Assembly: GCA_023246755.1 (NCBI GenBank)
Contig: JAHFHU010000001.1
Coordinates: 6,072-70,071, forward strand
Source: Candidatus Magasanikiibacteriota bacterium
GTDB lineage: Bacteria > Patescibacteriota > Patescibacteriia > Magasanikbacterales > 2-02-FULL-50-9b
Length of the DNA stretch: 64,000 nucleotides
Reading direction: 5' to 3'
This document shows positions 53,599 through 62,920 of the stretch, piece after piece (the first letter of the stretch is position 1; each line of letters opens with the position of its first letter). The notes under the pieces are model-generated. The model had not been told where the DNA came from and did not search any database. It saw nothing but the letters and a program-made list of their open reading frames with translations. A program made the translations under genes and the position numbers.

Positions 53599-53663
53599 AA
53601 GAATTTAAAATTGCGACGTTTAAAAATTGCCTAAATTCAAACTTTTATTTACAATGCTGTCAT

Positions 53664-54131
53664 ATGACCGAACCAACACAACGCCCCTCGTGGGATCAGT
53701 ATTTCATGGACATCGCGCAGATGGTTGCGAAACGAAGTAATTGCTGTACACGACAAGTTGCCGCCGTCATCGTCAAAGACAAGCGGATCATTTCGACGGG
53801 CTACAACGGCACACCGCGCGGGACAAAAAATTGCGACGAGGGTGGATGCGCACGCTGTTGGGCGCGCGCACACGGAACGGTCGCGGCGGGAACGCAGCTC
53901 GATGAATGCACCTGTTCGCATGGAGAAGAAAACGCGATTGTACAGGCTTCATTCCACGGCGTCGCAATCAGCGGCGGCACGTTGTACACCACATTCAGCC
54001 CCTGCCTCATGTGCGCAAAAATGTGCATCAACGCGGGAATCGCGGAAATTGTTTTTGCCGCGGAATATCCGATGAACGAAACTGCGCAAAATTTGATTCA
54101 GCAAGCAGGACTCACCCTTCGAAAGCTATGA
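53664..54131 (+). CDS. dCMP deaminase (ComEB/cytidine-deoxycytidylate deaminase family)
   Basis: 'CSHGEENAIVQA' (H/CAE Zn motif) and 'SPCLMCAKMC' (PCxxC). Confidence 0.85.
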   Translation: MTEPTQRPSWDQYFMDIAQMVAKRSNCCTRQVAAVIVKDKRIISTGYNGTPRGTKNCDEGGCARCWARAHGTVAAGTQLDECTCSHGEENAIVQASFHGVAISGGTLYTTFSPCLMCAKMCINAGIAEIVFAAEYPMNETAQNLIQQAGLTLRKL

Positions 54132-54676
54132 AATTGATTTTGGGATTTGTTGGACACGGTGCATCGGGGAAAGGAGCCGCGAGCGATTATGTTCAAAAAA
54201 AATATAACGCGGGTTATTTTCGCTACTCAAAAATGTTATATGATTTGGTGACACGTCTCTATTTACCCGCCGATCGCGATCATCTCATTCGCATGTCTGA
54301 AATAGTGCGTCACGAATTTGGTGAGGGCACACTTGCGCGCGTGATGAAGGAAGATGTGATGAACGACCCGCATGAAATTATTTGCGTTGATGGAATTCGT
54401 CGGCTCGCTGATATCTCAGAACTGCGCACAGTTCCGGGATTTAAAATTGTTTACATCGATACCGATATAAAAATTCGCTACGCACGATTAATTCAACGCA
54501 ACGAAAAACCGGATGATCAAACGAAAACATTCGAGCAGTTTTTGGCGGACGAACAGCGCCCAACGGAAATTTCGATTGACGAAGTTGCTCGCGAAGCCGA
54601 TGTCGTTTTACACAACGATGGAACAATCGAAGAATTTCATGCGCAGCTCGATAAATTAATCGGGAATGAACATTAA
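54128..54676 (+). CDS. P-loop nucleotide/nucleoside kinase-like protein
   Basis: Walker A 'GFVGHGASGKGAAS'; about 180 aa, adenylate-kinase-like size; ATGA overlap with deaminase stop. Confidence 0.5.
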   Translation: MKLILGFVGHGASGKGAASDYVQKKYNAGYFRYSKMLYDLVTRLYLPADRDHLIRMSEIVRHEFGEGTLARVMKEDVMNDPHEIICVDGIRRLADISELRTVPGFKIVYIDTDIKIRYARLIQRNEKPDDQTKTFEQFLADEQRPTEISIDEVAREADVVLHNDGTIEEFHAQLDKLIGNEH

Positions 54677-55466
54677 AAATCCGCTACGTCGCAAAAAACT
54701 AGAGGTGCTGCCGCAAATTCACAAACCACGGCGTGAACAAATTGCGGTGTACAAATTTTCTGAACCGCTGGACATTCCGCACATGGTTTTGTTTTCGGAT
54801 TTACATCTCTACGGAAAAACAAATAAGTCGATCAGCGTGTTCCCGGAAAATGTGCGCGAACTCTTTGCGATGCTCGAGCGATATCGCGAAAAAGGTTATC
54901 AATTATTTGGACTTGGCGATATTCTTGAGGGCTGGAGATTTCGTCCCAAACAAATTTTAAAGTTGCACCCCGAATACATGAATTTTTTAATCGAGCACGT
55001 AACAATTATTCGCGGCAACCACGATTGGACGGCGTGGCGTCGCATTGAAAAAAATTTTGGCAAAAAAACATTTGAGCACATTCAGGTCGGGCCGATTTAT
55101 ATGTCGCACGGTCATCAAGCGGATCCGTTGAATCGTAACGCGGCGTGGTACAGCCGTTACGCAACAAAGGTTGCGGGTTATATGAAACGAGTTGGACTCA
55201 ACACAGACAAATTTTACCGTGCCGCACGCGTCAAACACGAGGATCGAATTAAACATCGGTACGCGAATTACACCGAAGCCGTTCAACACACGCTCGCGCC
55301 CGATGCACACATTTTTTGCTACGGTCATTTGCACATGCCGTACATCGATGCATCAAACCCCGCACGCGTCGTAGTTAATCTCGGATCCATCGCAAATTAC
55401 GTTCGCGTTTTTTCGTATGTTGAGGTGACACCAACCGAGCTGACGCTCTGGAAAGTGACGCTCTAA
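54666..55466 (+). CDS. calcineurin-like metallophosphoesterase
   Basis: Motifs 'FSDLHL' (DxH), 'GLGDILEG' (GDxxD), 'RGNHDW' (GNHD/E), 'SHGH', 'YGHLHMP'. Confidence 0.75.
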   Translation: MNIKNPLRRKKLEVLPQIHKPRREQIAVYKFSEPLDIPHMVLFSDLHLYGKTNKSISVFPENVRELFAMLERYREKGYQLFGLGDILEGWRFRPKQILKLHPEYMNFLIEHVTIIRGNHDWTAWRRIEKNFGKKTFEHIQVGPIYMSHGHQADPLNRNAAWYSRYATKVAGYMKRVGLNTDKFYRAARVKHEDRIKHRYANYTEAVQHTLAPDAHIFCYGHLHMPYIDASNPARVVVNLGSIANYVRVFSYVEVTPTELTLWKVTL

Positions 55467-55524
55467 GTGGGGGGTTGACGAGGGTTTTGTTTTGTGCGCG
55501 TCGGGCTGCTAAAATGCACGCACT

Positions 55525-57060
55525 ATGCCACTCGAATCACACGACCGCGACATCTTCGCCATAGTCGGTTTATCCCCCGAAGTGCAGGCTGTTGCGTTTG
55601 CAAAATATTCTCGCTCGCAAGAATCCGTTAAAACAACGATTGATGATTTGACCGATGAAAAATCCGCCGAGTTTCACGAAAAATGGGTGATCGGATATGG
55701 CGATGCATCCGTTGCGGACATGGCGATGATCGCGATCGCGCTTGAAAATATTTCGATGATCGCGAGCAAGGCAATCGAAGATCACCGGCTCGCGTCGTAC
55801 CAAGAAAAATCAACGCGCTATGTGCCGTTTGATCCGACACGATTTCATCGGCCCGCGTGTTTTGAAAATAATCCAGAGTTGCGCGGTGTGTACGCCGACG
55901 CGATGCAAAATTTGATGGATGGCTACACGCATATTTTAGAATCGATGATTGCGTTTTTTCGCGCGAAGTATCCGAAGCCCGATGACATGGCGGACAAGCC
56001 ATACGAAAACAGGTTGCGCGCGCGAGCACTTGATGTTGCGCGTTACGTGTTGCCGATTTCAACGCTCACCAATATGGGGATGGTTGGGTCAGCCCGCGAA
56101 ATTCGCTACATGATTTCACGATTGCGCGCGAGCCCCTTTCAAGAGGTGCGCGAGATTGCTGATGAAATTCAACATGCCGCGCTTGAAACTGCATACAATC
56201 CCAATGCAAAAAAAATGGAAGCACTCATCATTCGTTTGAGTGAGAGCGGTGTGTCAGATGATATTATCGAACAGGTGCGCGCGGGCATGCGCTTGAGTGT
56301 GCGCGGCGCGCCGACGCTCATCAAACACACGGAGCCACGCGAATATCTGTTAAATAAAGATCGGATCGCGCGTTTGGCGTGTATGTTTCTCGAACAAGAG
56401 GATCTTGGTTTTGATGAGCCGCGCGCAGATTTGGTCATGAACGTGTCTCCGGAAGACGAGCTCATCGCGAGTCTGCTTTATCCGCAGGCATCTGTTTCAT
56501 TTCGCTGTCTCGTCGAAAAAATTCGGAAGCTGCCGACGAATTACAAGGCGTCATTGATTGATACGATAAATGCGGGGCGTTCAAACCATGATAATTTAAG
56601 TCGCGAATTTGAAGTGGGTAACCATTTTATCTTTGACACGCTCATGGACTATGGTGCATTTCGTGATTTGCAACGTCATCGTTTGACATGCCAATTGAAC
56701 CAGCCGCTCACGCCGGAACATGGATTTGAAGTGCCGCGCGATTTAAAAGATGCGGGGTTGCTCGCATACTATGAAGCGGTGATGGAAAAAAATCGCGCTG
56801 CATATCAAACGCTCGCCGCATGTGATCCTGACGAAGCGCGTTACGCGCTCGCGATGGCGTGGCGCAAACGCACCGTGTTCAAAATGAATTTGCGCGAACT
56901 GTATCACATCGTTGAATTGCGCACGCGTTCGGGTGGCCATTTCTCGTATCGCGCACTCTGCTATGATATGTATGAGCTCTGCAAAAAACATCATCCGCTG
57001 TTGGCCGCACATATGCGTGCGATCAAAATGGATTTTGATGCAGATTTTTTTGGACGATAA
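55525..57060 (+). CDS. thyX: FAD-dependent thymidylate synthase ThyX-like, long (apparently tandem-fold) form
   Basis: 'AFRDLQRHRLT' (ThyX RHR motif), 'NLRELYHIVELRTRSGGHFSYRALCYDM' (ThyX C-terminal motif); a degenerate copy 'SAREIRYMISRLRAS' lies in the N-terminal half; 511 aa. Confidence 0.6.
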   Translation: MPLESHDRDIFAIVGLSPEVQAVAFAKYSRSQESVKTTIDDLTDEKSAEFHEKWVIGYGDASVADMAMIAIALENISMIASKAIEDHRLASYQEKSTRYVPFDPTRFHRPACFENNPELRGVYADAMQNLMDGYTHILESMIAFFRAKYPKPDDMADKPYENRLRARALDVARYVLPISTLTNMGMVGSAREIRYMISRLRASPFQEVREIADEIQHAALETAYNPNAKKMEALIIRLSESGVSDDIIEQVRAGMRLSVRGAPTLIKHTEPREYLLNKDRIARLACMFLEQEDLGFDEPRADLVMNVSPEDELIASLLYPQASVSFRCLVEKIRKLPTNYKASLIDTINAGRSNHDNLSREFEVGNHFIFDTLMDYGAFRDLQRHRLTCQLNQPLTPEHGFEVPRDLKDAGLLAYYEAVMEKNRAAYQTLAACDPDEARYALAMAWRKRTVFKMNLRELYHIVELRTRSGGHFSYRALCYDMYELCKKHHPLLAAHMRAIKMDFDADFFGR

Positions 57061-57063
57061 AAT

Positions 57064-57768
57064 ATGTTTGTCATCGTTGATGGAATTGATGGGTCAGGAA
57101 AAAGCACCGTGAGTCGCGCGTGGCGTGACATGTTTGAGGCGCGCGGGGAAAAAATTTTTGAGACCGTCACCTTTGAAAAATCTAATGGACGAATTCCAAC
57201 GATTAATGACATTGGCGATGCAACGGTAATTTGTTCCGCAGAACCTGCGTATGCAGGCGTTGGAAAAATTTTGCGTGACGAAATGTTGCGCCCAAACAGC
57301 GGATACACACCACGCCAAATCACCGAAGCGTTCGCCGAAGCGCGCCGCGAACGATACGAATCGTTAATTGTTCCCGCGATCAAACGTGGTTTGCTCATCG
57401 TACAAGATCGTGGAATCACGACGTCACTCGCCTATCAACCCGCGATGAGTCCAGAAATCAGCGAAGAATTTGTTGCGTCGCTCCCCGGCAATCAACTCGC
57501 CATTGAATGGCGTCCCGATGTTGTGATTTTGTGCGAAGTTCCCGCCGATGTTGCGCTCACTCGCCTTGCGCGCCGTGCAGATAAAAATGACGACAGTGTT
57601 TTTGAGCAGCACGATTACATGATGCGGCTTGCACATCGATTGCAAGCGGATTCGTGGAAAACATTTTTGCAAAAAAATGGAACGCAATTTATTGTGTTCG
57701 ATGCTGACCAACCGCTCGCGCTCGCAATCAAATCAGCACAACACTTGCTCATCGATCTGCTATACTAA
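57064..57768 (+). CDS. tmk: thymidylate kinase
   Basis: 'MFVIVDGIDGSGKSTVSRAW' P-loop, 'DRGITTSLAYQ' DRY-like region. Confidence 0.9.
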   Translation: MFVIVDGIDGSGKSTVSRAWRDMFEARGEKIFETVTFEKSNGRIPTINDIGDATVICSAEPAYAGVGKILRDEMLRPNSGYTPRQITEAFAEARRERYESLIVPAIKRGLLIVQDRGITTSLAYQPAMSPEISEEFVASLPGNQLAIEWRPDVVILCEVPADVALTRLARRADKNDDSVFEQHDYMMRLAHRLQADSWKTFLQKNGTQFIVFDADQPLALAIKSAQHLLIDLLY

Positions 57769-57776
57769 GATGCATT

Positions 57777-59270
57777 ATGCACCTTGAACCTGTTATCGGA
57801 CTTGAAATTCACGTTCAGCTCTCGACAAAATCAAAAATGTTTTGCAGCTGCGACAACCGCAGCGAATTGATGCCCCCGAACACCGCTGTGTGTCCGATTT
57901 GTTTGGGCTATCCGGGAACGCTCCCCACGCCAAATGCAGCCGCAATTCGCGCTGCAATTAAACTCGGGCTCGCGCTCGGATGCACAATCGCCCCGCGCCT
58001 CAAATTTGATCGCAAACATTATTTTTACCCAGACCTTCCAAAGGGATATCAAATTTCTCAATACGATGAGCCACTGTGCGCGAACGGCGCGTTCGCCTTT
58101 AGTGTCGCTGGTTCACAGGTCGATCGCGCGCGCGTGACGATTGGGATCGAGCGCGCACACGTTGAAGAAGATTCTGCAAAATCTTTTCACGCAGCAACGG
58201 GCGAAACGCTCATCGATTTCAATCGAGGTGGATCACCACTTGTCGAAACCGTGACGCGACCCGATTTTAAAACACCCCACGAAGCAAAAACTTTTTTGCA
58301 GGAGATGCGCTTACTCGTCCGCGCGCTCGATATTTCAGATGGTGACATGGAAAAAGGACACATGCGTTGCGATGCAAATATTTCTCTGCGACCGGTTGGC
58401 GATGATAAGCTCTATCCGAAAACCGAAGTCAAAAATATCAATTCATTTCGCGCGGTCGAGCGTGCGCTGCAATTTGAAATTGAACGACAAACCGAATTGT
58501 GGAATTCAGGCGAACCACCAATGGTAAGCGCGACACGCGGATGGAATGACGTCGATCAAAAAACGGTGCCGCAACGCACAAAGGAGGCAGCGCAGGATTA
58601 TCGTTATTTTCCCGAACCGGATATTCCCCCATTCATAATCGGCACACTCGTCGACAAAATTCGAATTGAGTTGCCCGAATTACCATCCGCGAAACGAATG
58701 CGTTTTGAACACGAATATGGATTTGCGCCGACCGACGCGCGCCAGATAATCGAAACCGAAGGTCTTGCGGATTATGCCGAACATGTGGTGAGCGAATTTT
58801 ATGATTGGGCCGCGTCGAGCAATACCGATACTGATGAATCGGTTTTAAAACTGCGCGTTGCAAAATTAGTTTCGAGCTGGTTACTCACCAAATATCTCGG
58901 CGTTTTAAGCGAAGTGGGTCGTTTGTTCACCCCTGACACCGTAACGCCGGAAAATTTCGCGGAGTTTTTGCATTTGATTTATGAGAGCAGACTGAATGCA
59001 GCCGCAGCGCTCACCATTTTGAAAAAAATGGTTATGACCGGCGATCATCCACAACATTTGTTAGACGCTGAAGGTCTTGGCAACGCAGATTCGTCGATCA
59101 TCGACGCATGGGTTGACGAAGTTATCGTCGCAAACCCAACGCAGACCACACAATTTAAAGCCGGCAAAGAAGCGGTGCTGCAATTTTTAGTCGGACAGGT
59201 GATGAAAAAATCACGTGGAACCGCGGACGCGGGAGTTGTGACCGAATTGTTACGAACTAAACTTTCTTAA
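57777..59270 (+). CDS. gatB: Asp-tRNA(Asn)/Glu-tRNA(Gln) amidotransferase subunit B
   Basis: 'EPVIGLEIHVQLSTKSKMFCSC', C-terminal YqeY-like tail. Confidence 0.95.
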   Translation: MHLEPVIGLEIHVQLSTKSKMFCSCDNRSELMPPNTAVCPICLGYPGTLPTPNAAAIRAAIKLGLALGCTIAPRLKFDRKHYFYPDLPKGYQISQYDEPLCANGAFAFSVAGSQVDRARVTIGIERAHVEEDSAKSFHAATGETLIDFNRGGSPLVETVTRPDFKTPHEAKTFLQEMRLLVRALDISDGDMEKGHMRCDANISLRPVGDDKLYPKTEVKNINSFRAVERALQFEIERQTELWNSGEPPMVSATRGWNDVDQKTVPQRTKEAAQDYRYFPEPDIPPFIIGTLVDKIRIELPELPSAKRMRFEHEYGFAPTDARQIIETEGLADYAEHVVSEFYDWAASSNTDTDESVLKLRVAKLVSSWLLTKYLGVLSEVGRLFTPDTVTPENFAEFLHLIYESRLNAAAALTILKKMVMTGDHPQHLLDAEGLGNADSSIIDAWVDEVIVANPTQTTQFKAGKEAVLQFLVGQVMKKSRGTADAGVVTELLRTKLS

Positions 59271-60087
59271 AAAGTTTTTTATTTTCAGCTCGCAGTGTGC
59301 GCTCAACTTTTTTGATATCTTCAGAAGGTGGCAACGATTCCGGATGAATTCCGCTCTTCACCAATGTCTCGCGCACGTGCGTGTTGTTTTTCTCGTGCTC
59401 TTGTGTGATCGGGGTTTCACCCTGCATCGTCACATCCTTTTTCACATTAAAATTCGTCATCTCATTTGCAAGATCTTTTGCTTTAATCGTAACTGCGGGC
59501 AAAAAATCCGCGAGTGGTCGTGTCGGCTTCACGCCGAGCCGATGCTTCATATCGGCTGTGTCGTGACCACCAAACAACGCGGCATCACCACGACTGCGAA
59601 TGCGTGCAAAACCCGATGCGTCAACCCCACGTTCAAACAAAATACCGGACAGCTTTTTTTCTGAAAGTGACAGTTTTTCCCGCGCGTGCACGCGTTCCCA
59701 TTCGGCGAGCCGCTGTTCCACCAATTCTTGCTTGCGTGTCTGCACCGCAAAATATGTCATCGCAAACGCAATTTCATCTTTGTGCGGATCGCCATTTTGC
59801 GCGATAAGGTAGCAGGCATAGCGCGTGAGTTTGATGTCAAGGACATCACGCTGTGTACCAGAACCTATATCGACCATTTTGTTGATATCAACAAAATGGT
59901 CCGATACTTTTTGTTTTGCCTTTTCGCATGCAACTTTCGCCTTTTTTATGGCGTTTTCAAAATTACGCCATTCATTGTATCCCAGTAAACCCTGTAGCTC
60001 GCGCGCGAACCAAAATTCAACGCCGCCATTTTCATGAACGAAATCTTCAAAATTCTTGTGCAACCGCACGATAACCTCCTTAAGCAT
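59257..60087 (-). CDS. DinD-like (DNA-damage-inducible protein D family) protein
   Basis: 'EFWFARELQGLLGYNEWRNFENAIKKAKVACE...DHFVDINKMVDIGSGTQRDVLDIKLTRYACYLIAQNGDPHK' closely follows the DinD family pattern; overlaps gatB 3' end by 14 nt. Confidence 0.6.
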   Translation of the reverse strand: MLKEVIVRLHKNFEDFVHENGGVEFWFARELQGLLGYNEWRNFENAIKKAKVACEKAKQKVSDHFVDINKMVDIGSGTQRDVLDIKLTRYACYLIAQNGDPHKDEIAFAMTYFAVQTRKQELVEQRLAEWERVHAREKLSLSEKKLSGILFERGVDASGFARIRSRGDAALFGGHDTADMKHRLGVKPTRPLADFLPAVTIKAKDLANEMTNFNVKKDVTMQGETPITQEHEKNNTHVRETLVKSGIHPESLPPSEDIKKVERTLRAENKKLFKKV

Positions 60088-60177
60088 AGTTATAAAAAAT
60101 AAAACTTACTCTTGTCCCGAGTATACCAAACTAAAACCGAACTTAGATTATTTTGTCAACCCGCCCCCTGTGTATAA

Positions 60178-60696
60178 TTATCCGATCGGAATATCAATAA
60201 TCGGTCGCGTCGACGCAGCGCCCATCAATCCGCCAAACTTTGATGTCGCCGATCCCGTGCTCCCGCCCATCACCGGTTTTTTAAGCGCATCAGCGATCGA
60301 TGTGTAATGCTGTGTTGCGGTCTGATTAATCGAAGTACTGTGTTGGTGCGCATCAACAATTGATTGCGCGAGCGACGAAGGTTTACCAACGCTCGCCGCA
60401 TTAAATTCCGCCATTCGATCTGCTTTGACTTGGCTAACGCGCATCCGCTCCGCCGCATTTGCGACGCGCTCCGCAGATTTAAAAACCGCTCGTGCGTGAT
60501 CTTCGTTCGTAATCGCGCCGGACGCCTTCAATTTTTGAATAATTTTTTGGGCATCTTTAACGCTCGCACCCGTTTGCAAAGATTTTTGTGCGCCGATATG
60601 AAGCAGCGCCCCGCGCACCGTGTCAGCGCCACCGCCAAGTGCGCCTTTTAAAACTGCTTGAAATTTGTTTGCAGAAAATCGTGGACCGAGTGCCAT
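60178..60696 (-). CDS. Ala/Gly-rich hypothetical protein
   Basis: 172 aa, no TM, no motif; overlaps miaA 3' end by 49 nt. Confidence 0.4.
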   Translation of the reverse strand: MALGPRFSANKFQAVLKGALGGGADTVRGALLHIGAQKSLQTGASVKDAQKIIQKLKASGAITNEDHARAVFKSAERVANAAERMRVSQVKADRMAEFNAASVGKPSSLAQSIVDAHQHSTSINQTATQHYTSIADALKKPVMGGSTGSATSKFGGLMGAASTRPIIDIPIG

Positions 60697-61562
60697 ATAT
60701 TCATCTCATCAGACGAATTATACCACACGATCGATTTATTCCGCCGAAACCACGTCAGCTGTCGCCGTGCATATTGTCGGGTGAGTTCAATAATCCGCTG
60801 CTGCGCGGCCGCGGCCGTCAAATCACCACGTAAAAATTCAGTAATCTCTGCGACACCAATCGCCCGCATCCCGGGCTCACTCACGGTGTGACCGGCGTCG
60901 AGCAGCGCACGCACTTCATCAACCGCGCCGCCTTCCCACATCTCACGAGCACGCGTCGCAATCCGCTGATGTAACGCGTCACGCGCACAATCAACCCCGA
61001 TCCACAATGGCGCATACGGCAAATTTCCTTCCGCTGCGCCGAACGCCGTGATTGATGTACCTGTTTGTAAAAAAACTTCGAGCGCACGAGAAACCCGTCG
61101 CGGATTTTGAACATCAATCGTGTTCAATGCTGCCTGATCGATTTCAGCGAGCATCTCGCGCGCGCCCGCTGCATCAAGCATGGCAACGCGCGCCCGAATT
61201 TCCGGCGTAACCGAGGGTGGCGCAACAAATCGCTGCACCAACGCATCAATATATAAACCGGTGCCGCCAACAACAATCGGAACATGCCCACGGGCCCACA
61301 CATCCGCAATTTCACGATCTGCATCACGCACAAATTCCGCAAATGAATACACCTCGTCAACTGATTTCCACGAATACAGCCGCGCATCGGCAATCACACG
61401 CGGCGCCGCGCTTATCACTTCGATCCCTCGATACATTTGCCGCGCATCTGCATTGATTAACACACCATCACCGCGTGCGGTGAGCATTTCAGCAATCGCA
61501 GATTTCCCAACAGCCGTTGGCCCAACGATAATAATCAGCGGAATTTTTCGATTCACATTCAT
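60648..61562 (-). CDS. miaA: tRNA dimethylallyltransferase
   Basis: Start MNVNRKIPLIIIVGPTAVGKS (P-loop), 'GGTGLYIDALV'. Confidence 0.9.
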   Translation of the reverse strand: MNVNRKIPLIIIVGPTAVGKSAIAEMLTARGDGVLINADARQMYRGIEVISAAPRVIADARLYSWKSVDEVYSFAEFVRDADREIADVWARGHVPIVVGGTGLYIDALVQRFVAPPSVTPEIRARVAMLDAAGAREMLAEIDQAALNTIDVQNPRRVSRALEVFLQTGTSITAFGAAEGNLPYAPLWIGVDCARDALHQRIATRAREMWEGGAVDEVRALLDAGHTVSEPGMRAIGVAEITEFLRGDLTAAAAQQRIIELTRQYARRQLTWFRRNKSIVWYNSSDEMNIWHSVHDFLQTNFKQF

Positions 61563-61563
61563 C

Positions 61564-62910
61564 TCAATTTGACTGCTCAATCTCAACATTAATTCGACTC
61601 GATACACCCGGCGCACGATCAATCCACGGTGGCATAAACGTAACATCAACCCCCGCAACACCCTTAATCGATTTTATCTGATCAGTAATTTGTGTACGCG
61701 TTTGTCCCATGAACATGCTCGGCTGCAATGCGCCGACACGCGCATCAAGTACCGCGCTTCCTTCGCGATAAATCTGGAGCGTTGCAATTTTTTTCGCAAC
61801 ATCAATCGTCTGCAACGAAACGGTCGGCGCTTCGTTCAAAAACATGATTTTATGATACGTTGTCGGGGCTTTTCCTTGCACTTCCCGATCCGCGGCTGCA
61901 TAAATCGCCGTTTTCGGATATGCGACATACGCCATAGTCCCCGACGTTTTGATCGTAAATTCACTGACTTGCTCACCAGCTTTGACCGTACTTTCCGCTT
62001 TAATATTCACGGTCGTGTACAACACATCATTGCCCGGCGGCACAACGACCGACGTCAAAATTCGCTGTCCAATTTCAAGAAGAGACTTGCGCGCATCTTC
62101 TTGGGCTTTATCAATATCAGCTTGCGTTACGACACCAACCTTACTTCCGCCACCGGACATCGCGCTTGCTGAAACACCGTAAACATTTTTTTGTTGCCCC
62201 GCATTCAACCCGGGAATAGTAAATTTTCCCGCCGCGATATCTCCTGCTGCACCCGGCTGATCTGCCACGACGTTGAGCGAATCACTCGTGTGCGGCGCAA
62301 GAACCGCAGATTTAATCAACCGAAACAACACACCCCCCTCACTCAAAAATCGCGTGGTTGCAACGAGTGATTGTGGTGTTGAACCGTTATTATAAACCGT
62401 AATCGCACCATGCGCTTTGCCGGGTTTATCAACGGTCGTCACGGGTTTATAAATTGATTGCGTGCTGGTCGTGACCGTCACCACGGTTCCCGAAAAAAAA
62501 TCGGATTCCGACGCGCTTGATGTCGCGACGCTCGCATCAACAATGTTTAAAGAAAACGACGCGGCAACAGGAATTGCATTTTGATGAACAACGATCGTTG
62601 CTTTTTGAAAGGTGAAAAATGCGATAATCCCGACAACGACGACGGTTGCAGAAAAAAATCCAATCGCGAGTCGGCGATATAAATTTACCTTGCGCGGAAT
62701 ATGTGTTGCTGCATCAATTGAAATGCGTGGCCGATGATGAATCAGCGTCGGTTCATTTTCAGATAAATCGTAGGATTGAGCGGCGCGACGGCGCACCGGC
62801 GTCGAACGACGTTTTTGTGTTACCCGTTTGCGCGTTTGGCGGCGCGGCGCTGGAGCAGCATCATCGTCAAATGACGCACCATCAATGTCCATGTCTAATT
62901 CGTCTGACAT
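61564..62910 (-). CDS. single-pass membrane protein of unknown function downstream of pilus ATPase gene
   Basis: Start MSDELDMDIDG; basic cytoplasmic region, TM 'LAIGFFSATVVVVGIIAFFTF', about 330-aa beta-rich extracytoplasmic domain. Confidence 0.5.
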   Translation of the reverse strand: MSDELDMDIDGASFDDDAAPAPRRQTRKRVTQKRRSTPVRRRAAQSYDLSENEPTLIHHRPRISIDAATHIPRKVNLYRRLAIGFFSATVVVVGIIAFFTFQKATIVVHQNAIPVAASFSLNIVDASVATSSASESDFFSGTVVTVTTSTQSIYKPVTTVDKPGKAHGAITVYNNGSTPQSLVATTRFLSEGGVLFRLIKSAVLAPHTSDSLNVVADQPGAAGDIAAGKFTIPGLNAGQQKNVYGVSASAMSGGGSKVGVVTQADIDKAQEDARKSLLEIGQRILTSVVVPPGNDVLYTTVNIKAESTVKAGEQVSEFTIKTSGTMAYVAYPKTAIYAAADREVQGKAPTTYHKIMFLNEAPTVSLQTIDVAKKIATLQIYREGSAVLDARVGALQPSMFMGQTRTQITDQIKSIKGVAGVDVTFMPPWIDRAPGVSSRINVEIEQSN

Positions 62911-62920
62911 AAAATTTTTA

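Noticed and set aside
53515-53663. Possible tRNA in rplA-deaminase spacer ('gggttcggaaacc' resembles a T-arm)
   Set aside because: No acceptor stem, D-arm or anticodon arm could be built around it in either orientation; better explained as part of a terminator hairpin.
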